Below, piece by piece: positions 9,544-19,405 of a DNA stretch of 64,000 bases. The notes beneath the pieces were generated by a model, which did not search any database, was not told where the DNA came from, and worked only from the letters and a program-made list of their open reading frames with translations. The DNA lies in the NCBI GenBank assembly GCA_902609885.1, contig CACLTT010000004.1, positions 75,556 through 139,555 of the forward strand, read 5' to 3'. This stretch comes from an uncultured Candidatus Hydrogenedens sp. (GTDB lineage Bacteria; Desulfobacterota_D; UBA1144). Both the position numbers and the translations under genes were made by a program. How positions within the stretch are numbered: the stretch's first letter is position 1; the number at the start of each line of letters is the position of its first letter.

Positions 9544-10737
9544 ATGGAACTTTCTAAACTTGCAAAAGAATTGAAGCCGTCAGCCACTTTAGCAATAACT
9601 GCTAAGGCAAAGGAAATGAAAGCAAATGGAATTGATGTTATAGGATTTGGTGCAGGAGAGCCTGACTTCGACACACCTGAAAATATTAAAAACTATGCAA
9701 AAAGATTTATCGATAATGGATTTACTAAATATACTGCTGCTGGAGGAACTTTAGAGTTAAAAGAATCTATAATTAACAGAATTTCAGATGATTATGGAGT
9801 AATTTATGAACCTAAAGAAATATTTGTTGGATCGGGAGCCAAGCATGTTCTATACAACTTATTTCAAGTTTTAATAGACAAAGGGGATGAGGTAATAATT
9901 CCTTCACCTTACTGGGTCTCATACCCTGAGCAGGTCAGAATTGCTGGTGGATCACCTATAGTACTTAATACCTCACAAGATAATAATTTTAAGTTTTCTC
10001 CAGAGCAATTAGAAAATGTTATCACTCCTAAAACCAAAATATTAGTTCTAAACTATCCTTCTAATCCTACTGGATCAACCTTTACAAAGACTGAGTTGAT
10101 CAAAATTTCTGAAATAGTTAAAAAAAATAATTTAATTGTAGTTTCAGATGAAATTTATGACAAAATCTTATATGATGGTATAAAACATACCTCATTTATC
10201 CAAATTAGTGATGAAATAAAGAACTGTACAATCTTGGTTAATGGTGTTTCAAAAACTTATTCAATGACTGGCTGGAGAATTGGTTATGCTGCTGGAAATT
10301 CAGGTGTAATTTCTGCTATGGGTAATCTTTCAGGACAATCAACCTCAAATCCAACTTCAATTTCTCAAAAAGCTGCGCAAGAGGCTTTTTCTGGAGATCA
10401 AAATGAAGTTGTAAAAATGATTAATGAATTTGAATTAAGAAGAAATTATATATGTAATGAATTAAATAAGATCTATGGAATTAAATGCTCCATACCAAAT
10501 GGTGCTTTTTATGTTTTTCCTGATATATCAAGTTTTTTCGGTAAGAGATATAAAGATATCGAAATAAATAATTCAGTAGATTTCACTAACTTTCTCTTAA
10601 ATGAAGCAAGAGTTGCAGTTGTGCCAGGTATTGAATTTGGATTAGATAAAAATATCAGAATATCATATGCAACATCAATCGTAGATATCCGAGAAGGAGT
10701 AAAAAGAATTCGCGATGTTATTAATAAATATTGGTAA
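9544..10737 (+). CDS. Class I PLP aminotransferase (aspartate aminotransferase type)
   Basis: GAGEPDF, PSNPTG, SDEIY, SKTYSMTGWRIG, GAFY. Confidence 0.92.
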   Translation: MELSKLAKELKPSATLAITAKAKEMKANGIDVIGFGAGEPDFDTPENIKNYAKRFIDNGFTKYTAAGGTLELKESIINRISDDYGVIYEPKEIFVGSGAKHVLYNLFQVLIDKGDEVIIPSPYWVSYPEQVRIAGGSPIVLNTSQDNNFKFSPEQLENVITPKTKILVLNYPSNPTGSTFTKTELIKISEIVKKNNLIVVSDEIYDKILYDGIKHTSFIQISDEIKNCTILVNGVSKTYSMTGWRIGYAAGNSGVISAMGNLSGQSTSNPTSISQKAAQEAFSGDQNEVVKMINEFELRRNYICNELNKIYGIKCSIPNGAFYVFPDISSFFGKRYKDIEINNSVDFTNFLLNEARVAVVPGIEFGLDKNIRISYATSIVDIREGVKRIRDVINKYW

Positions 10738-10753
10738 AATTGAATATTAGGTT

Positions 10754-10826
10754 TGGAGCCGAAGGGGATCGAACCCTCGACCTCTTGAATGCCATCCAAG
10801 CGCTCTCCCAGCTGAGCTACGGCCCC
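10754..10826 (-). tRNA. tRNA-Ala(GGC), CCA not encoded
   Basis: Reverse complement GGGGCCGTAGCTCAGCTGGGAGAGCGCTTGGATGGCATTCAAGAGGTCGAGGGTTCGATCCCCTTCGGCTCCA. G3:U70 pair, anticodon GGC. Confidence 0.97.
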
Positions 10827-10884
10827 AGATTTTTAAACATAAGTATAATTTGTTAGAATATAAGAATCTATTTAAAATTCAATT

Positions 10885-12153
10885 ATGAGAAAAATTAATT
10901 TAGGACTTATTGGTTTGGGCACTATTGGCGAAGGTGTTTATAAACTATTAAAATCACAAAAAAATAGAATAAAAAAAATATATAATATTGATATTAATTT
11001 AGTCAAATCATGTGATATATCTCAAAGTTTAGGAAAAAAACTTAAAATTCAAAAAAAATTTTTTACTAATAATTACTCTGATTTAATAAATGATGCCAAT
11101 ATTGATACTATTGTTGAATTGATAGGTGGTACTACTATTGCAAATAAAATTGCTATTGATTGTCTTAATTCAGGAAAAAACTTTATAACTGCAAATAAAG
11201 CTCTGATTGCAAAAAATGGTACCTATCTTCATAAGCTAGCAGAAAAGAAAAATGTGCATTTACTTTATGAAGCTAGTGTTGGCGGTGGAATTCCAATCCT
11301 TAATTCAATTGAAAACTCGATAAATATTAATAATATTAAATCTTTTTATGGAATTATGAATGGTACTTGCAATTATATTTTATCATTAATGTCCGATGGA
11401 GTTGATTTTGATGAGGCGCTAAAAAATGCACAAAATTTGGGATTTGCTGAATCAGATCCAACATTAGATATTAATGGTACAGATACTGCACATAAAGTAG
11501 CAATATTATCTAGAAGTTGCTTTGGGTTCGATGCAAAAATAGAAAAGTTTCATATTTCCGGAATTGAAGATATATCAAAAATTGATATTGAAACCGCTAA
11601 TCAACTTGGATATAAAATTAAATTAATCGGCGTAGGAAAAATCAAAGGAGATAAAGTTGATCTTAGAGTACATTTAGCTTTATTAAAAAATAGCAACCCA
11701 CTTACAAATGTTAATGAAGAATTTAATGCTATATTAATTGATTCTAAAAATCTTGGTCCAATTATGAAATATGGCTATGGTGCAGGAATGATGCCGACAG
11801 CAAGTGCAATAATAAGTGATATAATAAAAACCTCGTCATATTATAAATCCTCAAGGCAATCATTAAAAAAATATAGCTCTTTCAATATTGATAATTTAAA
11901 AAGTAAATTTTATTTAAGATTAAATGTTAAAAATAATCCCGGTAACCTTGCAAAAATTACTACTATATTTGCAAAATATTCAATAAACATTGAGAAAATT
12001 CTACAAGATACAAAAAATAAAAAAATAAAAGATGTGCCTGTAATAATAACTACAAAAAATACAAGCTATAAAATAATAAATAAAGTAATAAACCAATTAG
12101 ACAAATTATCTATAATTTCCAAAAATCCATTACTAATACCATTTGAGGATTAA
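10885..12153 (+). CDS. hom: Homoserine dehydrogenase with C-terminal ACT domain
   Basis: GLGTIG, TANKAL, YEASVGGGIP, NGTCNYIL, GFAESDP, GYGAG..PTASA. Confidence 0.95.
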   Translation: MRKINLGLIGLGTIGEGVYKLLKSQKNRIKKIYNIDINLVKSCDISQSLGKKLKIQKKFFTNNYSDLINDANIDTIVELIGGTTIANKIAIDCLNSGKNFITANKALIAKNGTYLHKLAEKKNVHLLYEASVGGGIPILNSIENSININNIKSFYGIMNGTCNYILSLMSDGVDFDEALKNAQNLGFAESDPTLDINGTDTAHKVAILSRSCFGFDAKIEKFHISGIEDISKIDIETANQLGYKIKLIGVGKIKGDKVDLRVHLALLKNSNPLTNVNEEFNAILIDSKNLGPIMKYGYGAGMMPTASAIISDIIKTSSYYKSSRQSLKKYSSFNIDNLKSKFYLRLNVKNNPGNLAKITTIFAKYSINIEKILQDTKNKKIKDVPVIITTKNTSYKIINKVINQLDKLSIISKNPLLIPFED

Positions 12154-12155
12154 AA

Positions 12156-13220
12156 TTGAATAATGATAATATCTTTGAGAATTTGGCATTAGAGAATATT
12201 CTCGAAGGACTATTGTTATGTGATAAAGATTTAAATTTAAAATATATTAATCAGGAAGCACAAAGTCTAATTGGATATTCTGAAAAACAAATAAAAAAAA
12301 TGGAATTTAAAAATGTTTTTGGTGAGAAAATTTTTGATGAGATAATATTATGTATAAAAAGCCAATCTCCAAAAATATTGAGAGATATCTTTCTGATAGA
12401 TAAGTTTTCAAATGAAATTAATGTTCATATATTTATTAATCCTACTATATTTATGAGCAATAAAAAAACAGAATTTGAATATGTTCTAATTCAATTGTTC
12501 AATTTAGAGGGAAGAAACGTTCTTTATAAGCAAAATAAATTTGATGATGAAGAGAAAATCATGAGTCAACTTTTTCATGGATTAGCTCATGAAATAAAGA
12601 ATCCTTTAGCGGGCATAAAAGGCGCAGCTCAAATAATTAATAGTACTAATGTCGAAAAAGATGAAATTATAGAATGTTCTAAAATTATCGAAAGTGAATC
12701 AGAAAGGTTATCAAAGCTTGTAAATACATTCAAATATTTACAACCAAGTAATAAAGAGAGTTTTGAGATTGTTGATATTGGTGAAGCTATAAAAGATTCT
12801 ATCAAAATTTGTGAACTTGATAATAAAAATAAAAGTATATCATTAACTTATGAAACCTTTACTGAATCATTAAATATTAAAGCTAATAAAGAATTATTAA
12901 AAATTGTATTCATAAATTTGATAAAAAATGCTTATGATTCAATCCCCAATGAGGGTGTTGTCACAGTGAGAACAAAGATAAATAAAAAATATAAATTGAA
13001 CAAGAAAAATTTTATAATAATTGAAATTATAGATAATGGTAAAGGTATTAGTAAATCAGATATTAAGAAACTATTTAAACCCTTTTTTACTACCAAAAAG
13101 AGTGGACAGGGAATCGGATTATTTATAAGTCAAAAAATCATAAATAAATTTGATGGGTACATTGAAGCTGTATGTATAAATAAAGAAACTATTTTTACAG
13201 TTTATTTACCAGAAAATTAG
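12156..13220 (+). CDS. ntrB: NtrB-like PAS histidine kinase
   Basis: PAS N-terminus, LAHEIKNPLAGIKGAAQ H-box, N/G/F boxes (NLIKNA, DNGKGI, FKPFFTTK, GIGL). TTG start. Confidence 0.8.
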   Translation: MNNDNIFENLALENILEGLLLCDKDLNLKYINQEAQSLIGYSEKQIKKMEFKNVFGEKIFDEIILCIKSQSPKILRDIFLIDKFSNEINVHIFINPTIFMSNKKTEFEYVLIQLFNLEGRNVLYKQNKFDDEEKIMSQLFHGLAHEIKNPLAGIKGAAQIINSTNVEKDEIIECSKIIESESERLSKLVNTFKYLQPSNKESFEIVDIGEAIKDSIKICELDNKNKSISLTYETFTESLNIKANKELLKIVFINLIKNAYDSIPNEGVVTVRTKINKKYKLNKKNFIIIEIIDNGKGISKSDIKKLFKPFFTTKKSGQGIGLFISQKIINKFDGYIEAVCINKETIFTVYLPEN

Positions 13221-13243
13221 ATTTTTGAGTATAATTTTAAACT

Positions 13244-14677
13244 ATGGAAAAAAATATTTTAATAGTTGATGATGAACCAAACATTATCAAAGTCCTAGAT
13301 TTGTTTCTAAAAAAAGAGGGATTTAATATTGATAGTGCCTCTTCAATTTCTGAGACATATAAAAAGCTTAAGAAAAAAGAATATTTTATGATTTTTTTGG
13401 ATATTAATTTACCTGATGGAAAATCTCTGGACTATTTCGATAAAATTAAATCAATTTCTAACAACTCTTCAATAATTGTTATGACTGCACAAGATAATAT
13501 GGATAATGCAATTAATTCTATGAAGCTGGGCGCATATGATTATTTAGATAAGCCCATAAATCTAAATAGTGATTTACTACTTTTAGCAGAAAGGGCAATG
13601 AAAAATTATTTAAAAAATTTACAAATTCAAAATTTGGAAAATGATATTGATAGTATAAAAAAAGATAATTTTGAAGTTGTAGGTAAATCGTCATCTATTC
13701 AAAAAATCTTCAAAGATATAGGAAAAATTTCTAACAGTGATCATACTGTACTAATTAGGGGTGAGTCTGGAACGGGGAAGGAAATGATTGGTAGAGCAAT
13801 TCATACAAATAGCCTCAACAATAAAGGTCCTTACATTCAAGTAAATGTTACTGCTATACCAGGAGATTTATTAGAAAGTGAATTGTTTGGATATGAGAAA
13901 GGTGCATTTACAGGAGCAGAAAAAAAGAAGTCAGGAAGATTCGAAGAAGCTGATAACGGAACAATATTGCTTGACGAAATTGGTGATATGTCAATTGATT
14001 TACAGAGTAAACTTCTTAGGGTTATAGAAGAAAAAAAATTTTATAAGCTTGGATCACAAAAACCAACCAGTTTTAATTGTAGAATAATCGCCTCTACAAA
14101 TAAAAATCTTGAAGAATTAATAAATGAAAAAAAATTTAGAGATGACTTATTTTATAGACTTAATACAATATCTATTGATATTCCCCCTCTTAGAGATAGA
14201 AAAGAGGATGTTCCACATTTAATTTCATATTTCCTTGAAAAATATCCTGATCACAATAATGGAATTAAAACTGTTGATAATGAAATAATTGAAATTTTTA
14301 TGAAATATGACTGGCCCGGGAATGTGAGAGAATTAGAAAATACAATTAAAAAATTGATAATTATGTCTAACAATTCTCATTTGACTGCGGATGATATTGA
14401 TGATCATTTTCCAAAAATATATGAAGTTTCATCAGATAATTTTGCAAATTTAAACTATAACCTACTAATTGATACAATTTTAACCAAAGATGAATCTGAA
14501 GAAAATAAGTATCAAAATATATTGAGAAAAGTTAAAACTACAATCATAGAAAGCACATTGATCAAATTTAAAGGGGACAAGAAAAAAACAACTGATGAAT
14601 TAGGAATAAATAATAAAGATTTTGATAAACTATTAAAAGATTTAAAAATTTCTCAAAATTTATTTAAATCTGACTGA
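13244..14677 (+). CDS. ntrC: NtrC-like sigma54-dependent response regulator
   Basis: Receiver domain (VDDE, LDINLPD), GESGTGKE, ESELFGYEKGAFTGA, LDEIGD, FRDDLFYRLN, WPGNVREL. C-terminal HTH degenerate. Confidence 0.85.
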   Translation: MEKNILIVDDEPNIIKVLDLFLKKEGFNIDSASSISETYKKLKKKEYFMIFLDINLPDGKSLDYFDKIKSISNNSSIIVMTAQDNMDNAINSMKLGAYDYLDKPINLNSDLLLLAERAMKNYLKNLQIQNLENDIDSIKKDNFEVVGKSSSIQKIFKDIGKISNSDHTVLIRGESGTGKEMIGRAIHTNSLNNKGPYIQVNVTAIPGDLLESELFGYEKGAFTGAEKKKSGRFEEADNGTILLDEIGDMSIDLQSKLLRVIEEKKFYKLGSQKPTSFNCRIIASTNKNLEELINEKKFRDDLFYRLNTISIDIPPLRDRKEDVPHLISYFLEKYPDHNNGIKTVDNEIIEIFMKYDWPGNVRELENTIKKLIIMSNNSHLTADDIDDHFPKIYEVSSDNFANLNYNLLIDTILTKDESEENKYQNILRKVKTTIIESTLIKFKGDKKKTTDELGINNKDFDKLLKDLKISQNLFKSD

Positions 14678-15326
14678 ATTTAATTAAAACTTTTTTAGCT
14701 GCATTATTTTGTGCTTCTTTTTTCGTTTTTCCCACTCCAAAAGATAATTTTATTTTTCTGTCATGAAGGGATACATTGTATTTTTTTTTGTGAGCTGGGC
14801 CGGTTATAGAATATGTTTTATAAATTGGGACATAACCGTAATTCTTTTGAAAAAATACTTGTATTTGAGATTTATAATCAAAGTATTTAAATTTATTAAA
14901 ATCAATATTTAGTAAAGTTTTTTTAATAAACTTTTCGGATTGTAAAATTCCAGAATCAATAAAAATGCCTCCAATAACAGCTTCATACATACATGATAAA
15001 GTTGAATCTTTTCTTTTACCATTAGTTTTAATTTCACCTTTACCTAATAATAAATAGTTATGAAATTTATATTTTTTTGCACAATCGGCTAAGGATTTTT
15101 TACTTACTAATTGATTTTTCATAATAGATAATTTACCTTCAGAATAATTTGAAAACTTCAAAAATAAATATTTTGATACAATGACACTTAATACCGAATC
15201 CCCCAAGAACTCTAAACGTTCGTTATTTGGAACCCTAAATTCATTTGAAAAGGATTTGTGAGTTAAACATTGCTTTAAAAGCGCTTTATCCTTAAATTTG
15301 TACCCAATAATACTCTCAAATTTCAT
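14664..15326 (-). CDS. rnc: Ribonuclease III
   Basis: LTHKS, NERLEFLGDSVL, EAVIGGIFID, C-terminal dsRBD. Confidence 0.95.
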   Translation of the reverse strand: MKFESIIGYKFKDKALLKQCLTHKSFSNEFRVPNNERLEFLGDSVLSVIVSKYLFLKFSNYSEGKLSIMKNQLVSKKSLADCAKKYKFHNYLLLGKGEIKTNGKRKDSTLSCMYEAVIGGIFIDSGILQSEKFIKKTLLNIDFNKFKYFDYKSQIQVFFQKNYGYVPIYKTYSITGPAHKKKYNVSLHDRKIKLSFGVGKTKKEAQNNAAKKVLIKFSQI

Positions 15327-15431
15327 ATAAAAAACTTATCATAAATTACATTTTTAATAAATTAAAAAAAGTTGTAAATAAACCTTATTGATGTAAATTT
15401 AATAATGGGCTTTTTCCCGTAGGTTAATAGC

Positions 15432-16376
15432 ATGTCGAATCCATTTGAAACTTTAAAGTCCGAACTCGATGAATTAGTAGTAGGCCATAATGAAGTAAAG
15501 ACTGCATTACTGCTTGGTATAGTGGCAAGAGAACATATATACATACAGGGTCCTCCTGGAACGGCTAAAACCATGCTTTCAGAAATTGTTTCTAAATCTG
15601 CTGAACTAAACTTTTTCTTTTATCAAATGCATAGGGATACAAGATTGTCTGAATTAGTTGGGGATTTGGTAATTTCACGTGAAAATACTAATGACGGAGA
15701 AATTATTAAACAGAACATTATCAAAGGTGGGATTCTTACTTCAGATATTTGTTTACTTGATGATATTTCAAGAGCTCCTGGTGAGTCTTTAAATGTTCTT
15801 TTAAGGATTTTAAATGAAAGAAAATATGGTGATGAAAATATTCCACTATTGACTGCAATCGCCACCAGCAACCCTACAGCTGATGAATACTATAACGAAC
15901 CTCTTGATCCTGCTAACTTAGACAGATTTGTTATCCAAGTTAATTCAAAAGGTATTTCTTATTCTAAGCAATGGGATGATGTAAAAAAAATTATCAGCTT
16001 ATATTCTACAAAATCTGGATCTAATGAATTTATAGCAAAAGTTGGAAAAAAAGCTCTTGATGATAGTTTCAAAAAACAAGAAAAAGTTGTGATACCAGTC
16101 GAAGTTCAAGAAGGTTTAGCTTCCTTTATTAATTGGCTAGTTGAAGACCAAAGATTAAACGAAACTAATTCTGTTATTTCCGATAGAACATTTTTAGTAA
16201 AATCATTAAAGCTTATTAAAGCAAATGCGGTAATTAATAATAGGGATGAATCAGACTTGTCTGATTTAAAAGTTCTCAGATTTCTTCTTCCTTTCAGAGT
16301 CCCCGAAGACATACTAGAAGCAGCTGAACAAAAACTAGAATCTTTTGAGAACCAAAAAAAAAAGACCAAAAAATAG
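15432..16376 (+). CDS. MoxR/RavA-like AAA+ ATPase (0-frame product)
   Basis: VVGH, EHIYIQGPPGTAKT, CLLDDISRA, LLRILNER, ATSNP, LDPANLDRF, SDR lid motif. Confidence 0.88.
   Translation: MSNPFETLKSELDELVVGHNEVKTALLLGIVAREHIYIQGPPGTAKTMLSEIVSKSAELNFFFYQMHRDTRLSELVGDLVISRENTNDGEIIKQNIIKGGILTSDICLLDDISRAPGESLNVLLRILNERKYGDENIPLLTAIATSNPTADEYYNEPLDPANLDRFVIQVNSKGISYSKQWDDVKKIISLYSTKSGSNEFIAKVGKKALDDSFKKQEKVVIPVEVQEGLASFINWLVEDQRLNETNSVISDRTFLVKSLKLIKANAVINNRDESDLSDLKVLRFLLPFRVPEDILEAAEQKLESFENQKKKTKK
16354..16364 (+). other. Candidate -1 recoding site (A10G; in-frame A_AAA_AAG heptamer)
   Basis: 0 frame reads CAA AAA AAA AAG ACC AAA AAA TAG. The -1 frame is closed by TGA 16346-16348 and then open continuously to 17533. 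Confidence 0.65.
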
Positions 16377-17533
16377 AGAATAAACAGAAGAAAGAAGGCG
16401 GGGAATATGAGAAGGACTCTCCTAATAAACAAGCCGGAGATAATCAAGATAAAGATTCCGATTTAACGGAAGAACAAATGAGTGATGCTGAGAATTCTTT
16501 TATGCAGGCGCTTGATGAACTACAAGATAATTTGACTAGTGAAGATAATTCCAGACCATTAGACTCCGATGAGAAAATTCCTACTAATCCATCCAATAAA
16601 AGTGAAGATGATGGAGAAGGAGATATGAACAATACACCACTTTCCGAAAAAGTATATGCTACAAAATCTAAACGATCTGGAGATACTGATGCAAATAAAG
16701 TAGGCACCGAGGAAAATCAAGAAATCGCACAAAATGTTCAAATTGTTATGAAAGTCTTAGAGGGCAATATACAAAGAAGTATAGCAAAAAGAGGAAATTA
16801 TCCTGGGGGGCTACCAAGAAGATACAAAAGAATGAATTCATTTTATGAAATTGATGATGTTGATCCTATTGATGCAGCAATATGGTCTAAAAATTTATCA
16901 CCTCAATTACCAAGAGTTCATCAACGAGAGAAAGAAATGATGGGAGGAGAGATTGCAATACTTAGAGATATAAGCACTTCAATGATGGGAGTATATAGTG
17001 AGTGGTCATCCTCGGTTGTTAAAGCTGTTATTGAATTAGCCAGAACAAAAAGAATGAGGGTTGGATATATCGAATTTAATCATAAATCATATAAAACGAT
17101 AGTTGAAGAAAAATTTTTCACTAAGGAGTATGAGACAATTCTTGAACAAGCATCAAAAACCGAATGTTCGGGAAATACAAATTATGAAGAATCTTTAAAG
17201 GATGCAATATCAGATTTCAAAGGTAGAGGGTTAAGAAATAAACATATATTATTTATCACTGACGGTATACCCACTTCTGGTGATACAGAAGTAAAACGTG
17301 AAAGAGAAAGAGCAAAAAAATTAGGAATATGTATTCATTCAATTTTTATAGGGTCTAAAAATTTTCCATTTATATTAAATACTATATCAAAAGAAACCTA
17401 TGGATCTCAATTTGTAGCATATAGAGCAAAGGCAGGTAATATAAAAATTGAAAAAAAGGAAAATAGCTTACAATTTAAAAAACAAGTTCCTACAGAAGAC
17501 CCAGACAGTGAAAATCTTTTAGATTTTATATAG
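16364..17533 (+). CDS. Acidic linker plus VWA (MIDAS) domain; -1-frame continuation of the AAA gene (first ATG at 16478)
   Basis: MIDAS DISTSM, GNTNY, FITDG. 38 open codons upstream of ATG 16478 (DQKIENKQKKEGGEYEKDSPNKQAGDNQDKDSDLTEEQ). Confidence 0.85.
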   Translation, partial: DQKIENKQKKEGGEYEKDSPNKQAGDNQDKDSDLTEEQMSDAENSFMQALDELQDNLTSEDNSRPLDSDEKIPTNPSNKSEDDGEGDMNNTPLSEKVYATKSKRSGDTDANKVGTEENQEIAQNVQIVMKVLEGNIQRSIAKRGNYPGGLPRRYKRMNSFYEIDDVDPIDAAIWSKNLSPQLPRVHQREKEMMGGEIAILRDISTSMMGVYSEWSSSVVKAVIELARTKRMRVGYIEFNHKSYKTIVEEKFFTKEYETILEQASKTECSGNTNYEESLKDAISDFKGRGLRNKHILFITDGIPTSGDTEVKRERERAKKLGICIHSIFIGSKNFPFILNTISKETYGSQFVAYRAKAGNIKIEKKENSLQFKKQVPTEDPDSENLLDFI

Positions 17534-18665
17534 TCTTTTCAATAATTAAATTATCCCTATGAATGATTTCATCTGAATATTTATACCCAAGAATACTCTC
17601 AATTTGTGAAGATTTTTTACCGATTATTTTATTTAACTCAGTAGAACTATATGAGATCAACCCTTTTGCAATATTTTCAGAATTTGAATCATTTATTATT
17701 AGAACCTGCTGTCCTTTTTCAAAAGTGCCTTGAACATTTTTAATACCCGAAGGTAATAAACTTTTTCCTTTATGAATAATTGCACTAGCAGCACCATTAT
17801 CAATAAAAATCTTTCCTGATGTTTTTAGACCTATACCAATCCACTTTTTTCTATTCTTCACAAATTTATCTGACGGAATAATCATTGTTCCTATATCTTT
17901 ATAAGAAAAAATCTTATTTATAATATTTTTTTTCATACCATTTGCGATAATTGTTGGTATACCAAATTTTGAAACATTTAATGCGGCATAAATCTTTGAA
18001 GTCATTCCACCTGCAGAAATATTATCATCTGTGTCAGATAAAATTTTACTATCAAACTCCTTTTCAGAAATTAAATTGATTAGTTTTGCATTTTTATTTT
18101 TTTTTGGATTACCATTATAAAGCCCATCAATGTCAGTCAATAAAATAAGAAATTCAGCATCAACCATCGAAGCTACTTTGGATGCAAGAATATCATTGTC
18201 ACCAAACATTATTTCATCAATTGAAACTGTATCATTTTCATTGACAATAGGAATAATATTCATTTTTAATAATTCTAAAATAGTTGCTCTTGCATTCAAA
18301 AATCTTTTTCTATTTTGAAAAATATCGTTTGTTAGGAGTAACTGGGAAACAAGAATATTTTTTTCTTGAAAAAATTCTGAATAAATCGTCATAAGTTTAA
18401 TTTGACCGAGCGATGATAAAACCTGCTTTTTAATAATATTAGTATTTTTAACATTGATATTTAAATATTCATTACCTGCTAAAATTGCTCCAGAAGTAAT
18501 CAATATTACCTCAATATCCCTTTTTCTTAATTCATGTATTGATATTGTTAGATTTTGGATAATTCTTCTGCTTATTTTATTTTTTCCATTAGATAGAGCT
18601 TTTGATCCAATTTTTATAATAACTCTTCTTACTTTATTTAAATAATTCTCTCTAATTTCCTTCAT
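17526..18665 (-). CDS. proB: Glutamate 5-kinase with PUA domain
   Basis: IIKIGS, TSGAI, PIVNENDTV, FGDNDILA, GGMTSK, SLLPSGI, IHRDNL. Start taken at MKEIREN. Confidence 0.95.
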   Translation of the reverse strand: MKEIRENYLNKVRRVIIKIGSKALSNGKNKISRRIIQNLTISIHELRKRDIEVILITSGAILAGNEYLNINVKNTNIIKKQVLSSLGQIKLMTIYSEFFQEKNILVSQLLLTNDIFQNRKRFLNARATILELLKMNIIPIVNENDTVSIDEIMFGDNDILASKVASMVDAEFLILLTDIDGLYNGNPKKNKNAKLINLISEKEFDSKILSDTDDNISAGGMTSKIYAALNVSKFGIPTIIANGMKKNIINKIFSYKDIGTMIIPSDKFVKNRKKWIGIGLKTSGKIFIDNGAASAIIHKGKSLLPSGIKNVQGTFEKGQQVLIINDSNSENIAKGLISYSSTELNKIIGKKSSQIESILGYKYSDEIIHRDNLIIEKTI

Positions 18666-18676
18666 TGTAAATCCTA

Positions 18677-18703
18677 TTGACATAAAAAATATAGAAGTAT
18701 AAT
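18677..18703 (+). promoter_or_regulatory. Putative tRNA-Gly promoter
   Basis: TTGACA 18677-18682 and TATAAT 18698-18703. The spacer is only 15 bp, which is suboptimal. Confidence 0.45.
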
Positions 18704-18720
18704 TAATGAATGTCTAGTCT

Positions 18721-18798
<78 letters not shown>

Positions 18799-18799
18799 T

Positions 18800-19405
18800 T
18801 TAATATATTGGTGTAAATTTATCAGTATTCTCTACTCTTTCTATCCATTTTAAAATATTCTCATATTCATCTAAGAAAATTTCTCCTTCATATGATAATT
18901 TTATATAAGGGTACATCGCAATATCTGCAATTGAATATTCACTGGAAAAAAAATTAGAAGTTTTTAAATAATTATCTATTACTTTTAAAGACTTAATTCC
19001 TTCAATTTTTAAATATTTTAATTCATTTAGGTCTTGCTTATCATCTGGATAAAATTTTTTAATGGCTCTGGCTTTAGCTAAAAAAGGATCAACAGATGTT
19101 TTATTATAGATAAGCCATGAATAAATCTTAGCCCTACTCTCTATAGAATTAGAAACTAATTTAGATTTATACTTATCACATAAATATAAAAGAATTGCAT
19201 TGGATTCATTTAAGATTAAACCACCATCATTAATTACAGGAATTTTCATAGCAGGGTTAATTTCTTTAAAAAAATCTTTTTTATTCTCGCCTTTAAAGAC
19301 GTCTATTTCAATACTCTCAAAATCCAAAGACAATTGGCTTAATAATAATCTAACCTTATAGCAATTTCCTGATAATTCGTGATCATATAGTTTAATTATA
19401 TTCAT
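18800..19405 (-). CDS. Glutathione S-transferase family protein
   Basis: SGNCYKVRL, INP..KIPV, ESNAILLYL, YSIADIA. Confidence 0.9.
   Translation of the reverse strand: MNIIKLYDHELSGNCYKVRLLLSQLSLDFESIEIDVFKGENKKDFFKEINPAMKIPVINDGGLILNESNAILLYLCDKYKSKLVSNSIESRAKIYSWLIYNKTSVDPFLAKARAIKKFYPDDKQDLNELKYLKIEGIKSLKVIDNYLKTSNFFSSEYSIADIAMYPYIKLSYEGEIFLDEYENILKWIERVENTDKFTPIY

Noticed and set aside
10509..10799. 96-aa minus-strand ORF
   Set aside because: Shadow of tRNA-Ala and the aminotransferase gene.
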